A stretch of 64,000 nucleotides of DNA from Botryllus schlosseri. Its lineage: Eukaryota. The position numbers and the translations under genes were made by a program. The DNA lies in contig CM119378.1 in assembly GCA_051294905.1 (NCBI GenBank), positions 9,238,001 to 9,302,000 of the forward strand, given 5' to 3'. Shown piece after piece: positions 63,878-64,000 of the stretch; within the stretch, counting starts at the first letter, position 1, and the number at the start of each line of letters is the position of its first letter. The notes under the pieces were generated by a model. The model searched no databases and was not told the DNA's origin. It was given only the letters and a program-made list of their open reading frames with translations.

Positions 63878-64000
63878 GACAAGATAGCGTAATGGTTAAG
63901 CGTCCGGCTTCTTGATCGGTATGTCGTGGGTTCGATTCGGGTCAGACCGAAGACCTGATTAGTAACACTGGTATCCATAGCTTCCCTGCTTGACGCTCGT
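63878..64000 (+). mobile_element. tRNA-derived SINE head (runs off the window end)
   Basis: A-box TAGCGTAATGG and B-box GGTTCGATTC followed by a non-tRNA body; no acceptor-stem closure. Confidence 0.65.

Overview
This is intron-rich animal genomic DNA, AT-rich with a class of very short 57-69 bp introns; an invertebrate such as a tunicate is only my guess. Most of the window (4044 to about 58694, minus strand) is one ~30-exon gene that I reconstructed by hand from splice sites and reading phases. It encodes about 1500 aa: a probable signal peptide, five MAM domains, one LDL-receptor class A module, a long linker with two furin-type sites, and an S1 serine protease with an intact His/Asp/Ser triad. 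An in-frame TGA (23802-23804) interrupts the LDLa module although everything downstream is intact. The last intron holds a complete 4276-bp Ty3/Gypsy retrotransposon with identical 236-bp LTRs, a CATGG target-site duplication and a single gag-pol ORF. The element has two notable traits. Its RT motif is YLDN rather than YxDD. The 15 nt next to its 5' LTR are perfectly complementary to the LTR's own AATAAA-containing segment, which suggests tRNA-independent self-priming and/or masking of the poly(A) signal. The last two coding exons of a tyrosine hydroxylase-like gene lie at 61289-61647 (minus). The introns are packed with non-autonomous hAT-type elements and MITEs (many with exact 8-bp TSDs, often nested), tRNA-derived SINEs, a LINE 3' fragment, a minisatellite and a telomere-repeat-like palindrome. 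All calls come from manual reading; no database searches were run.
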